A stretch of 64,000 bases of DNA from Octopus sinensis (lineage: Eukaryota). Shown piece after piece: positions 37,442 to 49,714 of this stretch (positions are counted from its first letter, which is position 1; every line of letters begins with the position of its first letter). Both the position numbers and the translations under genes were made by a program. The notes under the pieces are model-generated. The model was not told where the DNA came from, did no database searches, and worked only from the letters and a program-made list of their open reading frames with translations. The stretch is taken from assembly GCF_006345805.1 (NCBI RefSeq), contig NC_043006.1:45446001-45510000 (forward strand). Reading direction: 5' to 3'.

Positions 37442-37659
37442 TTTATATTGATTTGCTTAGTTTAATGAAGATTTTCTTCCTGTTTTTTTTTGTTATTTTA
37501 GTCATCATAGTTATATTTGATTTTTAGCTGAACTCAGTTTATGATTTTTAAAATTGCATATCCAGTTAGCCCTATTTATCCCTACTTATTTCTTTTCTGA
37601 TATTGTGCTTTTACTGGTTTCCCTATCATTTAGAATTTCACATACCACCTTTTCTTCTT

Positions 37660-38045
37660 TTTTCTTTACTTGTTTCAGTCATTAGACTATGGCCATGCTG
37701 GGGCACCACTTTGAAGAATTTTAGTTGAATGAATTTCACCCCAGTACTTATTATTTTTAAAGCCTGGTACTTATTCTATTTGTATCTTTTGTCGAACCAA
37801 GTTACAAGGATGTAAACACACCAACACTGGTTGTCAAGCAGTTGTAGGACACACACACACACACACACACCACAGATACATGTATACATAATGGGCTTCT
37901 TTCAGTTTCTGTCTACCAAATCCACTCAGTGTTTCGGTTGATCCGAGGTTATAGAAGACACTTGTCTAAGGTGCCACGCAGTGGGATTGAACCCAGAACT
38001 ATGTGGTTGGGAAGCAAGTTTCTTACCACACAGCCACACCTGTGC
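37660..38045 (-). mobile_element. SINE-A
   Basis: Family match, followed by a second partial copy at ~38080-38230. Confidence 0.85.
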
Positions 38046-39144
38046 CTATTAAATATATATATATATATACACACAGCAGGTTTCTTTCAGGTTTCTGTCT
38101 ACCAAATCCACTCGCAAGACTTTGGCAGGCCTGAGGCTATAGTAGAAGAGACCTTTCCAAGGTGCCACGCAGTGGAATTGAACTCAGAACTATGTGGTGG
38201 GAAGCAGACTTCTTACCACACAGCCACACCATATTATGTAGAAATTTCCATTATAATCTCATCATAGCAGAGGCCTTTTTTGAAATGTTTCCAATTACTA
38301 GAGGTTTTGTACTGTAAATCACACCATTCTTTGTGCTGATCAATAAGCAATGTAAAGTTATCTTGGTTCTACTGTTTAAAGCAATTGTAATTTACAGAGT
38401 TGACAGGACAGCTCCATGTTTACAGTATATATCCATTTCAAACTGGTAACCAGTGCAATACTGAATTTATCATCATTCTAGCCGCAGACGTGGCTATGTG
38501 TTTAAGAAGTTTGCTCTCCATCTGCATGGTTTTGGGTTCTGTGTCACCACATAGCACCTTAGGCAAGTGTCTTTTACAGCCCTAGGCCTACTAAAGCCTT
38601 ATGAGAAGATTTGAGAGATAAAAACTGAAAGAAACTTGTTGTATGTATATGCGTGCATGTGTGTGTGTGTGTATCTGTGTGTGTGTGTATCTATACAGAT
38701 AAATATGTATATGTATATATGTAGGAGCACTTCGTTGGTTATGACGATGAGAGTCCCAGACGATACGATCAACGGAACAACATGCTTGTGAAATTAACGT
38801 GCAAGTGGCTGAGCACTCCACAGACACATGTACCTTAACATAGTTCTCAGGGAGATTCAGTGTGACACAGACTGTGACAAGGGCAGCCCTTTGAAATACA
38901 GGAACTACTTGTTTTTGCCAGCTGAGTGGACTGGAGCAAAGTGAAATAAAGTGTCTTGCTCAAGGACACGGTGTGTCACTGGGAATTGAACTCATGACCA
39001 TACAATCTCGTTCCGAATGCCCTAACCACTAAGCCATGTATATATGTATGTCACAGTATTGACTAGACTATTCGCTGTTGTTACATATCACTGGTTACAA
39101 TGTGCTTCACATTGTTTTAACCTTCAACTGATGCCATTCTGCTG

Positions 39145-39520
39145 GCACATTGTTCTGGGTTCAGTCCCACTGCGTGGCACCTTGGGTAAGTGTCTTCTGC
39201 TATAGCCTCAGGCCAACCAAAGCCTTGTGAGTGGATTTAGTAGATGGAAACTGAAAGAAGCTCATCATATATATATGTATATATATGTGTGCATGTGTGT
39301 GTGTTTGTGTGTCTGTGTTTGTCCCCCCAACATTGCTTGACAACCGATGCTGGTTTGTTTGCATCCCTGTAACTTAGTGGTTTGGCAAAGGAGACCAATA
39401 GAATAAGTACTAGGCTTGTAAGGAATAAGTCCTGGGGTCAATTTGGTCGACTGAAGGCAGTGCTCCAACATGGCCGCAGTCAAATGACTGAAAGAAGTAA
39501 AAGAGTAAAAGAGAGTAAAG
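39145..39520 (+). mobile_element. SINE-A, 5'-truncated
   Basis: Family match. Confidence 0.87.
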
Positions 39521-40394
39521 AGTATATATGATGTTTGTGTATATGCGTGTTTGTGTGTGTGTGTGTATGTAGATATTTATGTGTGCTTGTTTCTTCTTGT
39601 CATGACAATACATGGTTGTTGTATATGGAGGTCATTCATTTTCAGTTTTCTGTAGAAACATATCTATCTACAGAGAAATAGTACCTTGTTTGGAAAAAGT
39701 TGAGGGTTTGTAACAGGAAGAGCATTTGACCATAGAAAATCTGCTTCAATAAACTCCATCCGGCCCCTGTATGCATTGAAAACCAGATGTTAAAATGGTG
39801 CTGATAATGATGATCCTATCTCTTATGCCTAGATTATCATTTCAGAAAAGGTAAATTTTGTGAGACAGAGATATTGATTGAATGCATCAAACCAATATAT
39901 TATTGGTGCTTATTTTAGTGATCCTAGAAAGATCAAAGTTGACCTCAGCACTTCTCCCACTGCCAGCTTTATTTTAATTCGTCAAGATCTTCATCATCAT
40001 CATCATCATCATTTTTACATTAACTTTTCAATGCTTGCAGGAGTCGGATGGAATTTTATTGAAACAAATTCTTTACTACCAGATACCCTTCCTGTTACCA
40101 CCCTCTACTGGTTTTCTAGTTATACTGGTTTTCTAATTATACATTTTGATATATATATATAATCTGGTACTTTGACATCTTTGCTATTTCTACCATCATA
40201 GTCTTTTAGTAGAAGGAATGCAGCTATTTTGTGGAAGGGAGAGGGGAAAGTTCAGTTGGCCATACTGCTGTCTATCTTACCTTATTTATTACTTCTTTAA
40301 AATATGGAACGTCAAATCAACATCTGTAGGATTTAAGTTTGGAAATACAAGACATTACATTCATCTGGCTCTGAAATGGATGTATGGTTTAGAT

Positions 40395-40971
40395 CAGTGG
40401 TTCTTAACTGGAATCCATATAAACATTGAGGGTCCGTTTAAGATTTTGTTGTGCAATAAACTGGTTATACATCTGCAATAAAGGGTAAAGACTCCTGTCA
40501 GTCATAAATGACCATGAGATGCACCAAGAAAGTTCCCTTCTGAAATACAAGTCCAGGCAAGGTTGTTTATGGAAAACCATCAATTGCCTATGCATACCAG
40601 CCTCCCATTTCTGTGTCACTGATGTTGTCCAAGGGAAAGGCAAAGGCTGATACAGCTTGGCACCAATAATGTCGCAAAGCATTTCTACAGATGAGTGAAC
40701 TGGAGTAACATGAAATAAAGTGTCTTGCTTAAGAACACAACACAGAGCCTGGACCTGGAATGAAACTCGCTAACCTCATGATTGTGAGCCTGATGCTCTA
40801 ACCACTGAACCATGCAATACTGAAAATGTTTTGATAATTTTTTTTTAATACAATTCCTAATTTAATTATAGAAGTATATATGATTTTTAAACTTCAAATG
40901 GTTATGAGGGTCCATCCGAGTAAAATTGGAATCAGAGGGGTACATAGGCAAAAAATGGTTGAGAAACACTG
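40395..40971. mobile_element. hAT (Charlie/MER5-like) MITE with nested SINE-D
   Basis: CAGTGGTTCTTAAC / GTTGAGAAACACTG termini. Flanks gtttagat / gtttaaaa. Confidence 0.7.
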
Positions 40972-41310
40972 GTTTAAAAGATTACTATGTAGCTATACTG
41001 TGGTTTTGGGTTCAATTTTATTTGACAGCACCTTCAGCAAGTGCTTACTGCCATACTCTCTGGTCAACTAAATCCTTGTGAGTAAAATTTAGTTGATGGA
41101 AACTGAAGAATCTCACCTCAGGGAACTCTGTTCTGTTGTCATAAATTTAAGAAATACATAGACAAAAAACATGGCTGTCTGGTAAGAAGTTTACTTCTAA
41201 CCACATTTTTGTGGGTGCAGTCCCACTCTCTGGCACCTTGGACGACTGTTTTCTACTGTAGCCTTGTAAGCGAATTTGGTAGACAGAAACCAAAAGAAGC
41301 CTGTTATATA

Positions 41311-41352
<42 letters not shown>

Positions 41353-42029
41353 CGCGCGTATTTTTGTCTCATTGCATGGTAATTGTAAATGATGTTGGTT
41401 GTTGTGTAAGCAATGTCCTTTGTTTTCAGAATTCTCTGAAAACATACCTGGTGATGGTGATGGGGAGTATCACATTACTGGGAGGGCATCAGACTGAAGA
41501 AAATCCGTCTCAATAAACTCCATCCGACCCTTGCATGCATAGAAAAGATGTGAAAATGACGACGACAACAGTAATGATATACCAGCCATTAATTTCCAAT
41601 ATTCCTTTTCCATTTTTCCATAGTTCCATATTTCTAAAGACCTATCACAACAGACGCTTTTGGTCTTAATCACTGTGCTTCAGCTATCATTGTCATGTCA
41701 GTTCTTTGTCAATACCATTATTATAATTAATATTTATCTACTCATCAACTGTGTATAGTTAGGACAGAAACTTTCAATCATAGTCAATAATCATTGTTTA
41801 AATTTTCTAGTCTGAATTAAAGATAAGCTTGTTCCTCTTTGTCATTGTTGATTTCTATGAACATTTTGATGTAATTTCTTTCCCTACCATTTCTCAAACC
41901 CAGACATTTCCTATAAGCAACATTTTTTTGCAGACAATGCTGACATTTGCTGCCAGCATTATTTACAACTTTACTTTGTTTGTTTATACGCACATCTACG
42001 TACATACATACATGCACATAAACACCACA

Positions 42030-42335
42030 TAGGTGCAGGTGTGGCTCTGTGGTAAGAAGCTTACTTCCTAACTACATGGTTCCGGGTTCAGTCCCACTGC
42101 GTGGCACCATGGGCAAGTGTCTTCAGCTATAGCCTCAGGCCGACCAAAGCCTTGTGAGTGGGTTTGGTTGATGGAAACTGAAAGAAGCCTATCATATGTG
42201 TGTGTCTTTGTGTCTGTATTTGTTCCCCACCCCACTACTGCTTGACAACCGGTATTGGTGTGTTTACGTCCCTGTAACTTAGTGGTTCAGCAAAAGAGAC
42301 TGCTAGAATAAGTACTAGGCTTTAAAAATTAAAAG
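42030..42335 (+). mobile_element. SINE-A, 3'-truncated
   Basis: Family match. Confidence 0.85.
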
Positions 42336-42606
42336 TCCTAGGTTGGCTGGTTTGACAGGATTCGATAGACCCAAGAACTGCAATACACTCTGGTATCTGC
42401 TTTGACATAGTTTCTACAGCTGGGTGCCCTTCCTGAAGTCAACCACTTAACAGAATGTCTGGGGTGTTTTTTCATGCCATCAGCACTAGCAAAGTCATAT
42501 TACAGCTTGCAAGCCTGCATACAAATCCCAAGAGAAGAAACTTTATGTGAGGAGATGAAGAATTGAAGGGGGTTGGGTAAAATATGAGAAAAAAATGGGC
42601 CAGAAC

Positions 42607-42650
<44 letters not shown>

Positions 42651-42652
<2 letters not shown>

Positions 42653-42862
42653 GGAGTAAACACATAAATGTGAAACAAGGTGGAAAAAAGAGTACTCAAA
42701 TACCAGTGGTAGAGTAATATGCTTTATTTAAAGCAGCAGAAAATTCAACAAAATCTGTTACTCAGAGATTCTCGTTGCCGTTCATCAAAAACTGTCTGAT
42801 GAACGGCAACGAGAAACTCTGAGTAACAGATTTTGTTGAATTTTCTGCTGCTTTAAATAAAG
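42651..42862 (+). mobile_element. Penelope-like palindromic remnant with a type-I hammerhead
   Basis: 66-bp arms (42722-42787 and 42797-42862, one mismatch). The right arm holds ctgt-CTGATGA-acggcaacga-GAAAC-tctga-GTA-acag. Inserted in (TA)n. Confidence 0.75.
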
Positions 42863-44274
42863 TATATATATATATATATATATATAAAATTGTTCAATAT
42901 TTTCTTATTAGAATTCTTCTGCTGCTTGTACCAGTCTGATTTAATTGTTTAATGTGAGCAAACTGAACTTGTTGAATGGTGTTGTCTGTAATAGTCTCTT
43001 GGTTTTTGAATCTGTTGTCAAATGATGACAGGGAGAAAAAAAAAATAATTGAATTATATGCTGCTTTATTTATAACTAATTCTACCTCACTTGTCATTAG
43101 AATTCTCTGTTCTTCATTACTGTTTGTCATTTATTTCATTACTTGCTGTTTCTGTTTCTCCTTTCGTTCTTATTTACAATTCAGCTGGCTGTTTTACATT
43201 ATTCATTTTCAAATATTGCTTTGCATATTTCTTTTTCTTCTTGTTTTTTTTTTAAATTTTTTTTTTTTTAATTTGCTGTTATGAAAATTGCTAATTTATC
43301 ATGAAGGATTGTGTTCCAGTGTTGAAAAGGTTGAAGTTATTTATTTTTGTATCAGAAAATATATCAAAAAGCCTCTCATATAGTCAAGTCATTTCTGATA
43401 TTGTGCAACTTTATGATGAGTAAATTTTGTAACGGACCTCAGGTATCTACAGGGCTGGTGCATACATCTGGTGCATATGTTTAGTGTGCATGTATAGTGT
43501 ATATGTCTGGTGCATTATGAAGGGGAAAGGAAGGGCCAATATGTACATATAGTGCATTACGATGAGCAAAGGACTCATACATATGGTGTGTTATGATGAG
43601 TAAATAATGGAATGACCCTCAAGTATCTACAAGGCTGGTGTATACAGCTGATGCATCATCATCATCATCATCATCATCACCATCATCATTTAATATCTGC
43701 TTCCCATGCTGGCATGAGTTGGATGGTTTGACAAGCCAGAAGGCTGTGCTGAGTTCTGTCTGCTTTGGCATGGTTTATATGGCTGGATACTTTTCCTAAC
43801 ACCAACCAATGTACTGGGTGCTTTTATTGTGGCACCAGCACCAGTGAGGTCACAAAGTAACTTGCAAGGTAAGACCCCTCAACTGAAGTGGGAACAGCAT
43901 TGAGGAAGGTGGCTTTGTTCCTAGTGATGAGAGATTAGAGTATGAAAGAAGGACAGAGACAGATGTCTTGCAGTAGAGGAGATAAATGACTATCCTAGTC
44001 AGAGAGAATGAGAGAGAGAGGAAAGTATATATTGTAATGAACTTCAAATATCTATAGAACTGGTTCCTGTAAAGGCAAGTAGATGAAGGATAAAACCTAT
44101 TTTTAGTCTACAGTGAATGCAGACATGTTTAATTGGTTAAGAATTTTGCTTCAAACTTGTGTTTGACTCCACTGAATGGGTTCTTGGGATACTAGCTTTA
44201 CATTCACCCAAGCTCTTCCAAACATATTGCTCTATGTACTCTCTGGTACTCAGCATAAAGATAAGTTCATTATT

Positions 44275-44519
44275 TACATTATTTACATTTGACGGATATT
44301 TGTCCCCTTCTTGTTTGTTGTTAACACAATGTTTCAGCTGATATACCCTCCAGCCTTCATCATGTGTCATTGGGGAAATTTCGTACGTGAGTTCTCATTT
44401 CTACGATATTTTTTCGATGTTTCTCCAAGACACCTGATGAAGGCTGGAGGGCATATCAGCTGAAACATGTTAACAACAAACAAGATGAGGACAAATATCC
44501 ATCAAATGTAAATAATGTA
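44275..44519 (+). mobile_element. Second Penelope-like palindromic remnant with a degenerate hammerhead core
   Basis: ~100-bp inverted arms with a ~41-bp spacer. CTGATGA at 44434 and GAAAC at 44462 bracket a ggctgg/tcagct stem. Confidence 0.65.
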
Positions 44520-44950
44520 CAAAGTTGCTCATCTCTTAAATATAGAACTATAAAGATGAGTTGTATACTGGTGATCCAATGACCCATTAAAGATTACAGG
44601 ACATTTTTTCGTAATATATATTTATCTTCTATTTTTTTACTTGTTTCAGTCATTAAACTGCGGCTATACTGGAGCATGACCTTGAAGAGTTTTGTTGAAC
44701 AAATCAACCTCAGTACTAATTTTTTTTAAGCTTGCTTCTTATCCTGTTGGTATCTCTTGCTAAACTGCTAACTAATGGAGATATAAACAAACCAACACCA
44801 ATTATCAAGCAATAGTGGAGAACAAATACACACACATATGATAGGCATCTTCAGTTTCTATCCACCAAATCCCCTCACAAGGCTTTGATTGGTGTGGAGC
44901 TATTGTAGAAGACACTTACCTAAGGTGCCTCCACACCTGGTGTATATATA

Positions 44951-46380
44951 TTGGGTCATCCCATAAATATGTGTTTTTTTATGTTTCTTTTATTTTTGAA
45001 AATTAAGATAAACAAACAATAATAAATCTCTGAACGAAAACCGGTGATTGTCGTACGCTGAGGAAAGGTCAATACCTAGAAACTGCAGTCCGTGCGTATC
45101 ACTTAGGTTGACGAGGGAAGGTTGACCTCCCTTTGCAAATACCATAAGGGCACAGAAAGTGTGCCTAAGGCCAGCTGGAGACGATGTTCTCCTGAGGCTA
45201 CAAGCTACAGTAACACCCACCCTTAGTGGTTAGCCATATTGAGATGGCAAGTATACCTCACAAGATAAACAAAGTTCTTTTTAATCTAAAATATATTCTC
45301 CTTCATTTTCTACAGTGCTCTTCCATCTATATAGTAGACTTGCAAAGCCCCTCTTCCAAAATTAATTTGTTATGATGAAAAATGCTCCTCCAGTACTGTT
45401 CTGACCTTATCTACAGAATTCATATTTTTTCCGTCCAAATGATTTTGAAGACTGCAGAATAAATGATAATCAGATGAGGCAATGTCTGGTGAACATGGTG
45501 GGTGGGGTATTGTTTCCCATTCAAACTGCTCCTCCCTTTGGAATGTCATCCTTGCTGGATGTGGGCAAGCATTATTCTGATGGAAGAGCACCTTTCGTCT
45601 TGATACCAAGGATGGTTGTTTTTCTTCTAGCACTGACTTAAAGCCCCTCAAGCTGCTCGTAGTAGATCTCCCTTGTTATCATTTGGCTTGAGTTTAAGAG
45701 TTCAAAGTGTACTAAGCCTTTTATATCCCACCAAACACATAACAACACCTTATGTGGGTAAAGACCTTCTTTAGTCTGGGGTGTCAGTGTTTCTCCTGTC
45801 TCTACCCACTGTCTTTAGCGCTTGACATTTTTATAGAGAACCCCTTTCTTGTCACCAGTCACCATTCGGTCTCACAAAAGTTCATTGGTAAAACATGACA
45901 GCAAAGAAGAGCACATATTTACTCTCTGCATGCAATTCGACTTGGAAAATTTTTGAAGAACCCATTGACCCAATTTGCTGACTTTTCTGATAGCATGCAG
46001 GTGTTGATGAATGGTTGAATGATGAAATCCAAGCTTCTCTGCTAGTTCCTCAACAGTTACGATAGGATTTTGTTCCATCAGTGTTTGCAGGACATCCTTG
46101 TTGAGCTCTACAGATCTTCCAGGGTGAGGCTCATCTTCTAGGCTGTAGTTTCTAGCTCAGAATTTCTGGAGCCAGTGTTGACAGTGGCTTACGCTTATTG
46201 TCCGATCCCCATATATTGCGTTAATATTCCTCACACTTTCTGTTGCGTTGTTGCTTTATTGGATTTATAAAGCAAGATATACCAAATATGCTCCTTTGTC
46301 ACTTTAATTATAGCTTTGAAAAAATAACTGTTAAAATCGAACTGCACTCTTCAAAGCTTGCACTAAGACTAAGAACAAGG
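44951..46380 (-). mobile_element. Decayed mariner (Tc1/mariner) transposon
   Basis: TA plus TIR ttgggtcatcccataaat at 44949. Transposase pieces EHIWYILLY, TVEELAEKLGFHHSTIHQHL..GQWV, LFHQNNACPH, HPPCSPDIASSDYHLFCSLQNHL, ENEGEYILD. Frameshifted; far TIR not found. Confidence 0.9.
45017..45261 (+). ncRNA. Retrozyme-like insertion with an extended type-I hammerhead ribozyme (45043-45103)
   Basis: 12-bp TSD aagataaacaaa. CTGAGGA / stem II aggt-caat-acct / GAAAC-tgca-GTC. Stem I cgtacg:cgtgcg extended by ggtgat:atcact. Several further hairpins. Confidence 0.75.
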
Positions 46381-47912
46381 TGAAATTACTACCTGCTTTT
46401 ATAGCAAGTTGATGCAGGTAGTTTATCCTGTCCTCCTTCACTTAGTGTGCTCTACAACTGATTGGAAATTAGTTGGAGCTATGACCAATGCCTTTGAAGT
46501 AAACAGTCTTTGGCATAATGCTACAGGAATCAGTAATTTTCATTTTCCCATCCTCCTAATCCATGAAGACTTACAAAAGCTCTTAATTGAATGTGTAAAT
46601 AAACACAGATATTATTCTCTAACTCGTTTCACTAATTAATTTTCTTCATATGTAAATGGAAATTAATCTCCATAGAAATATTATTATTCTTTGTATTTAT
46701 TGACTTGGTAAGCAGTTAAAAACACTAGATTTAAAAAATATATGTTTATATATATTTTCAGAAATTCATCTTAATATGTTAATTATTAAGTAGATATTTG
46801 GCACTACTGAAGTTCTATTTTAAACCCATTACTTTTTACTATTTGGACTTTGATGTCTTTCTAATTGAATTTTGGACTGGTGTCCATGAACACTCTTGAA
46901 CTGATTCTATTTGTAGAATCTATCGAAGAACACAACAAGAAATTTAAAATATGTAATCTGTCTCTAAACTGGAGAAGGCCAAAGGTAAAAGGAAAACATG
47001 TTAATTAGTTTGTTACAACATTGAAAATTCCTTATAAAGAGAAATTTGGCCTTGTTCAAGTTTGGAGAAAATGTGTTGAAAGAAATTCAATACTGTTGTA
47101 GCAATGTAATGAAAGGATAAAGATATTTTTACTGTGTTTTTGGCAAGCTGACAGACTCCCACATCTAATGTATAAACTCTTTTACTGTGTTAGGAAAACC
47201 ATTGTATGGAAACCAAACAGTTACAATCTCTAGTTAGGCAAAAGGTTAAATTTTATCAACTGAGCATGGAGATTAGTCTTAGAAAAAACTCAGTCGTAAA
47301 ACTCAATTGATTATGAGATCAGGATATGTTAATATTTAAAAGTTAGTTTGCATGAAGAAGCCATTGCTTTATGTTAATGGTCTTCAGTGGTTTAGTTCTG
47401 TTCCTTTATCATAATCTTCATCAATTAATGACCAATTTTTCATGCTTTCATGGGTCAGATGAAGTTTGTTGAGACAGATTATTCTAAGGCCAGATCCCCT
47501 TCTTATCACCAATCTTCATTGGTTTCCTCACTGGTTTCCAAGCAAGGTAACATTTTCTTCTTGCCAGACATGTTTTTTTTTGTTGAAGACTAGAAACAAA
47601 AATAACATTGCTTGTTTAACTGTGATGCTCATTTACAACAAGACAAGAGTACACACAAATGCAGATACATCATTTAAGGTACTTTTTTCTTCCTTGTTGG
47701 CATGGGTCGGACAGTTTCTCAAGAACAGACGAGCCAGAGGACTCCACCAGATTCTATATCTGCTTTGGCATGGTTTCTACAGTTGGATGCACTTCCTAGT
47801 GTCAATCATTTAACAGTGTACTGGGTGCTTTTTATGCAATGCCAGCTCTGGTGAGGTCGCCAAGTACCTCAAACTCACACGCACACATACGCACACACAC
47901 ACACATGCACGA

Positions 47913-47953
<41 letters not shown>

Positions 47954-49398
47954 TACAACAGGCTTCTTTCAGTACCAAATACATTCACAAGGCTTTGGTC
48001 AACTCCAGGCTATAGTAGAAGACACTTGCCCAAGGTGCCACACATTGTGATGGAATCCAGAACCATGTGGTTGAGAAGCAAGCTTCTTACCACACACCTA
48101 CTCTTAGTTGGCAAGTTGTTGTTGTATGTTTTTGTTGTGCATATTATGACATTGTGTTTCCTTTTTCCACAATTCGATGACTGGCATCCGTGCTAGTGGA
48201 GTGCTAAGAGCCTTACTGGCACTTGTGCTGGTGGCATATGAAAAAACATTCGATTGAGGTCGTTGCCAATGCTGCTGGACTGGCTCCTGTGCAGGTGGCA
48301 CATAAAAAACACTATTTGTGCGTGGCTGTTGCCAGTACTGCCTGATTGTGCCGGTGGCACGTAAAAGCACCCACTACACTCTTGGAGTGGTTGGCGTTAG
48401 GAAGGGCATCCAGCTGTAGAAACTCTACCAGATCAGATTGGAGTCTGGTGTAGCCATCTGGTTTGCCAGTCTTCAGTCAAATCGTCCAACCCAAGCTAGC
48501 ATGGAAAGTGGACGTTAAACGACGATGATGATCATGATCATGATAATGATGATGACGATCCTGTTTCTGTTTAACACGTCTCGTTTGTGAAGATGTGAAA
48601 CGAAAGCATATTGTTGTCATGGTATTTGGTAGTTGATGTCTGATGTCATCAAGTTTAGAGTTGAAATTAAAAAAAGGAGGAGTTACAAAATATTGGTGCT
48701 GGCAGCAAGTGGCAGATTATGTTTCTAGGGATTGGTAAGTGTCAGGAAAGAGAAATGAGGAATTTAAGTTGCGATGTATTTGGTGAGTGATCAGGAGTGG
48801 TTATTTGAATGTGGTAATGTGGTAAGTTGTTGTTGCTTGTTGTATGTCTCTTGTAACAATTCTGTTGTCTTCTAATTGTTATTATAGTTTTTATGTGTTT
48901 GGTTTGACTGTCTGGTTTGCCAAACATGGCATAGTAAGTTATTTTAATGTTGCAGTGGCTGTACAGAGCTTGAATTAATTTGGTGACAGTTTGCTTTAGA
49001 CAAGAATATTTTGTTTGGAATGAAAGAAACCTTTCATTAGAGAAGAGTGAGGAAGGGGTGTAGCTGGATTCTTCTGAGAGTCAGTTGAATGAGAAGGACG
49101 AAACTATGTGGGGTTTTTACTATTGTGCCAGTAGTGATTCTTGTTTCTGTAAATAGGTGTGCTGGTGAGATAGTGATCTAACTATCTTTTGTTGGGTGAT
49201 AAAGGTCAGTGTGTGTGTGTGTGCATGTATGTTATGTATATATTATGTGTGTGTATTTAGATATGTTTATGCATATGTGTGTGTGTGTGTGTGTATATAT
49301 CTATATCTATATATCTATATCTATCTATATATATATATATAATTAAGATTCAGTTGAATTAGGTACTTAAGTTGAGGCACCAAATCACTTATTTGCTT

Positions 49399-49477
<79 letters not shown>

Positions 49478-49714
49478 CATACACATACATCCACACATAT
49501 CTATATGTAGATGTGTGTGTGTGTGCTACTTTCGCGTTCATATATTAACAGTTTAGATCTTAATTATATAAAAATATGAAACCATTATTCTACGCTAATT
49601 TAGTTAATTGTAAGATAGAAATTTAAATGTAATAAAATGTTTTAAAAGGAATTTCAAGTGCCTATGTGACAACTGCAAACCTACTTTTTGGCCACTCTGT
49701 ATATTGTGTATATA

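Noticed and set aside
42894-43130. Minus-strand exon-like ORF (FKNQETITDNTIQQVQFAH...)
   Set aside because: Has an acceptor-like tract but only a weak GTACAA donor, no recognisable homology, and conflicts with the + strand evidence.
46409-46639. ORF with DWKLVGAM, faintly like Cys-loop receptor motifs
   Set aside because: Too short, and no Cys-loop or TM motifs found elsewhere in the window.
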